DNA of 49,322 nt. Origin: Cyanophora paradoxa CCMP329 (taxonomy: Eukaryota; Plantae; Glaucophyta). Shown here piece by piece: positions 46,601 to 49,322 of this stretch. Location of the stretch: NCBI GenBank assembly GCA_004431415.1, contig QPMI01000335.1, positions 1 to 49,322 on the forward strand. The letters run 5' to 3'. The notes under the pieces were generated by a model, which saw only the letters and a program-made list of their open reading frames with translations, had not been told where the DNA came from and made no database searches. Positions within the stretch are counted from its first letter, which is position 1. The number at the start of each line of letters is the position of its first letter. Position numbers and translations under genes: made by a program.

Positions 46601-49322
46601 GAGCCCGCCGAGCGAGCGCGCGCGCGTGCGCAGGTGATGGCGCTGGCGTGCGCGGACGGGAGCGTGACCGTCGCGGACGCGGCGACGGGCCGCACCGTCC
46701 GCTCCCTCGTCGTCTGCCCGCCCCCGACGAGTACGGCCAGTCCGCCATCGAGGCCCGCCGCCCTCCCCCCTCCCCTGCGCCCCGCCCGCGCTCGCGCTGA
46801 CGCTGCGGCGGCGGCAGGCCCCGCCGGGGCCCCCGTGGTGACGTCGGTGGCGATCTCGGCGGACGGGCGCGCCGTGGCGGCGGGGTGCGAGGACGGCACC
46901 CTCCGCGTCTGGGACGTCCAGAGCGTGCGCCGCCCCCGCCCCGCCTCGGCCTCCCCTCCACCCCGCTGACGCTCGGGCAGGGGCGGGAGGTGGCGACGCT
47001 GGCGGGCACCCGATGTCCCCGTGCACGCCCTCCGCCTCTCCGACGACGGCGCCGCCCTCCTCTCCGGTGCCCCGCGCCCCCGCCCCTCCCCCCCGCACCG
47101 CCCGCGCCCGCTCACGCGGCGGGGCGGGCAGGGTCGTACGACAACACGGTGCGGCTCTCGCACGTGGCGGGCCCGCACGCCGGCCGTTCCGCCGTCTTCG
47201 GGCGGGAGGACCTCGGGGGCGAGGCCTGGGTGCGCCCCGCCCCGCCCCTCCCCTCCTCGAAGCGGGCGGGGCGGGGCCGACGGGGCGGGCGGGCAGGTGT
47301 CGGGGGTGGACGCCTCGCGGGACATGGGCGTGCTCGTCTCCGCCGCCGGCGACGAGCGCCGCGCCCTCGTCTGGGACCCCGCCTCCCCGCCCCCGCGCCG
47401 CCCTCGCCGGTGCCCCCGCCCGCCCATCCGCCCCGCTCCCCGCCCCGCGCCTGCTCAGCCTCCCGGCAGGGTTCCACGAGGCGCCCGTGGGCGGCGCCGG
47501 CGTCTCCCCCGACGGGCGCTTCGCCATCACCGTCGCCGGGACGGCTCCTGGGCCCTCTGGAACGTGCGCTTCGCCCCCGAAGAAGGAAGCGTCCCGAGGA
47601 TCGCCGCGCCCTGACTCTCGCCCGCCGGCGCGCCCCGCCCCGGCAGGCCCTCTCGGGCGAATTCCTGCACGGCAACCGCGGCGGCTCGCGCGTCCGTGGG
47701 CCCCTGCCCCCGCCCGCCCCGCGCCGCTCCCCGGGCCCGGCGGCCCCGACGCCGAGGAGGGTCCGCCCGCCCCGATCCCCTCCCGCTCCTGCCGCGCCCG
47801 ACGCGGCTGCAGCGGACCCGGCGATGGAGCGGGCGGCGGCGACGCGGCGCGCGTGGGCCGTCTCCTGGCGCGGCGGCCTCATCCTCGTCGCCGGTGCGCA
47901 TGCCGCGCCGCTGCCGGACCTGCGGGGTCGGCAGGCGGGCCTGACGGGGCCCCGTGCAGACGGGGAGAGCGTGGTGCTCTTCGACCTGAACTCGGGGGCG
48001 GCGGTGGGCGCGTGGCGACGGGCGCGCCGCCCCTCTCCCTCGCCTGCTCCGAGGACGGCCGCCTCTTCTTTGCCGCCCTCGCCGCCGATCCCGGCGACGC
48101 CCCCGCCCCGCCCCGCGCCGCGGCGCCCGCCGCGGCGCCCGCAGCGTGCGCCCCCGCCCGCCCCGCCCCGCCCCGCCCGCCCCGCCCCGCCGCTCCGAGC
48201 TGAAGCCGGCGGCAGGTGCCGGCGGGGCGGACGGTGCTGGTGGGGAGCTGGGCGGGAGGCGGCGCGGGCCTCGAGCGGCTTCGGGCGGCCTGCGGCGCCG
48301 CCGCCGAGAAGCGCCAGCTCCTCTGCATCGGCGACGAGGTCCCGCCCCCCCCCCCCCCCCCCCCCCCCCGCCGCCCGCCCCGGCGGCGCCGGGCTGAGAC
48401 GCGGGGCGGCAGAGGGCGAGCTGCGGCTCATCTCGCTGGCGTCGGGGCGGACGGCGCGGGCGCTGCGGCCGCCCCCGAGATGGCGGGGCGCCGACGGCGG
48501 TGGACCGGCCGGCCTCGGGGCGCGCGGGGGCGTGCGGGCGGTCTGCTGGTCGGCCGACGAGTCGAGCGTCGCCGCCGCGTACGACTCGGGCGGCATCGTC
48601 GTGCGCCCGCCCCCGCGCCCCTGCCGGCCCGCCCTCCGCCCTCCCCTCACGGCGCCGCGGCGCGCAGCTGTACGACGTGGAGTCCGGGCGGCCTTCAGCC
48701 TGGTGCAGTCGCCCGTGCCGCCGGCCTCGATCTGCTTCGCGGGCCCGGCGCCCGCTGCCTCGTGGCCTGCGGCGGCCCGACCCGCTCACCGGCGCCAGCC
48801 TCACGTGCGCGCGCGTCGCGGCCCCGCCGCCCCGCCCTCTCCGCGCTGAGCGCCGGCGCGCGCAGCGTGCACGACGTCGGCTCCAGCAGCGGGCGCCCCG
48901 TCTCGGGCCCCGGCGCCGACGGCGCCCCGCTCGCGCCCGTCCTCGCGATCGCCGCCTGCCCGCCCCTGCCCGGCCAGCCGCGCTGGTGCCCGCCCAACGC
49001 CCTCCCCGTCGCCGCCGGTCCGCCCCGCCCCGCCCCGCCACCGCGCCCCGCGGCGAGGCGCGCGGGCGACGCGGGGCGCAGCGTGCGGGGACGGGACGGT
49101 GGAGCTGGTGGACGCGCGGACGTCGGGGCGGCTGCGGACGCTCTCGGCGCACGGGGCGGCCGCCGCCTGCGTCGCCTTCGCCCCGGACGGCCGCTTCCTC
49201 GCCTCGGGCGGCCTCGACGCCACCGTGCGCCCGCCCGCCCCGCCCCGCCCCGCCCCGCCCCAGGCCGGGAGCCCGAGCCGGGGACGGCGGGCAGGTGTGC
49301 GTCTGGTCGCTGGCGAACGACT
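40651..49322 (+). CDS. Large NLR-like STAND protein: PH - helical/ARM-like - NACHT NTPase - pentapeptide repeat - WD40 repeats (3' end beyond window)
   Basis: PH: GGYLFVKKMLGWRKRYVHIYFDKLAY...FALYAESEGERDLWMRCF. Walker A VVLLAGPSGAGKSS (about 44331-44372), Walker B FVLLVDCFDE (about 44636-44665), sensor VACRTEYL, LARNPLLL. Pentapeptides LSNCDLSGARLAGADLSGAIMEGTLLRGADLSRA (about 46330-46500). WD40: VTSVAISADGRAVAAGCEDGTLRVWD and VAFAPDGRFLASGGLDAT|VCVWS. Contains a few single-base frameshifts in G/C runs. Confidence 0.85.

Noticed and set aside
48-49223. Numerous long Arg/Gly/Pro/Ala-rich ORFs on both strands in the ORF track
   Set aside because: Expected from stop-codon scarcity at very high GC. 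They overlap spliced genes with recognisable motifs and show no domain signal of their own.
1-49322. tRNA, rRNA, transposase or reverse-transcriptase sequences
   Set aside because: No recognisable motifs were seen, and almost all space is accounted for by the spliced genes and short spacers.

Overview
This is intron-rich, very GC-rich eukaryotic nuclear DNA, not a prokaryotic region, so almost all long Arg/Pro/Gly ORFs in the supplied track are artefacts. I rebuilt genes by joining short exons across mostly 50-90 nt GT-AG and GC-AG introns. Sixteen tightly packed genes result, in order: POT1-like telomere protein (-, runs off the left edge), multi-ankyrin protein (+), orphan membrane protein (+), centrin (+), cyanobacterial-type soluble lytic transglycosylase (-), plastid NDP kinase (+), ENO4-like pseudo-enolase (-), PH-domain protein (-), LRRC6/DNAAF11 (+), oxysterol-binding protein (-), FKBP-TPR immunophilin (+), degenerate WRN-type exonuclease (-), plastid ferrochelatase with CAB tail (+), AMN1-like LRR protein (-), orphan single-pass protein (-) and mitochondrial-type TyrRS (+). 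A seventeenth, a very large PH-ARM-NACHT-pentapeptide-WD40 (NLR-like STAND) gene (+), runs off the right edge. MAF-type transit peptides, a peptidoglycan enzyme and flagellar genes together point to a glaucophyte such as Cyanophora (inference). The most notable items are the PH-fused NLR-like gene resembling the Mortierella/Mycoavidus family, the nuclear lytic transglycosylase with unusual termini, a very high GC-AG intron fraction with C-rich/G-rich self-complementary introns, two probable pseudoenzymes, and a decayed duplicate of the centrin 5' end. Boundaries were read by eye and no searches were run. Several single-base frameshifts in G/C runs look like assembly errors.
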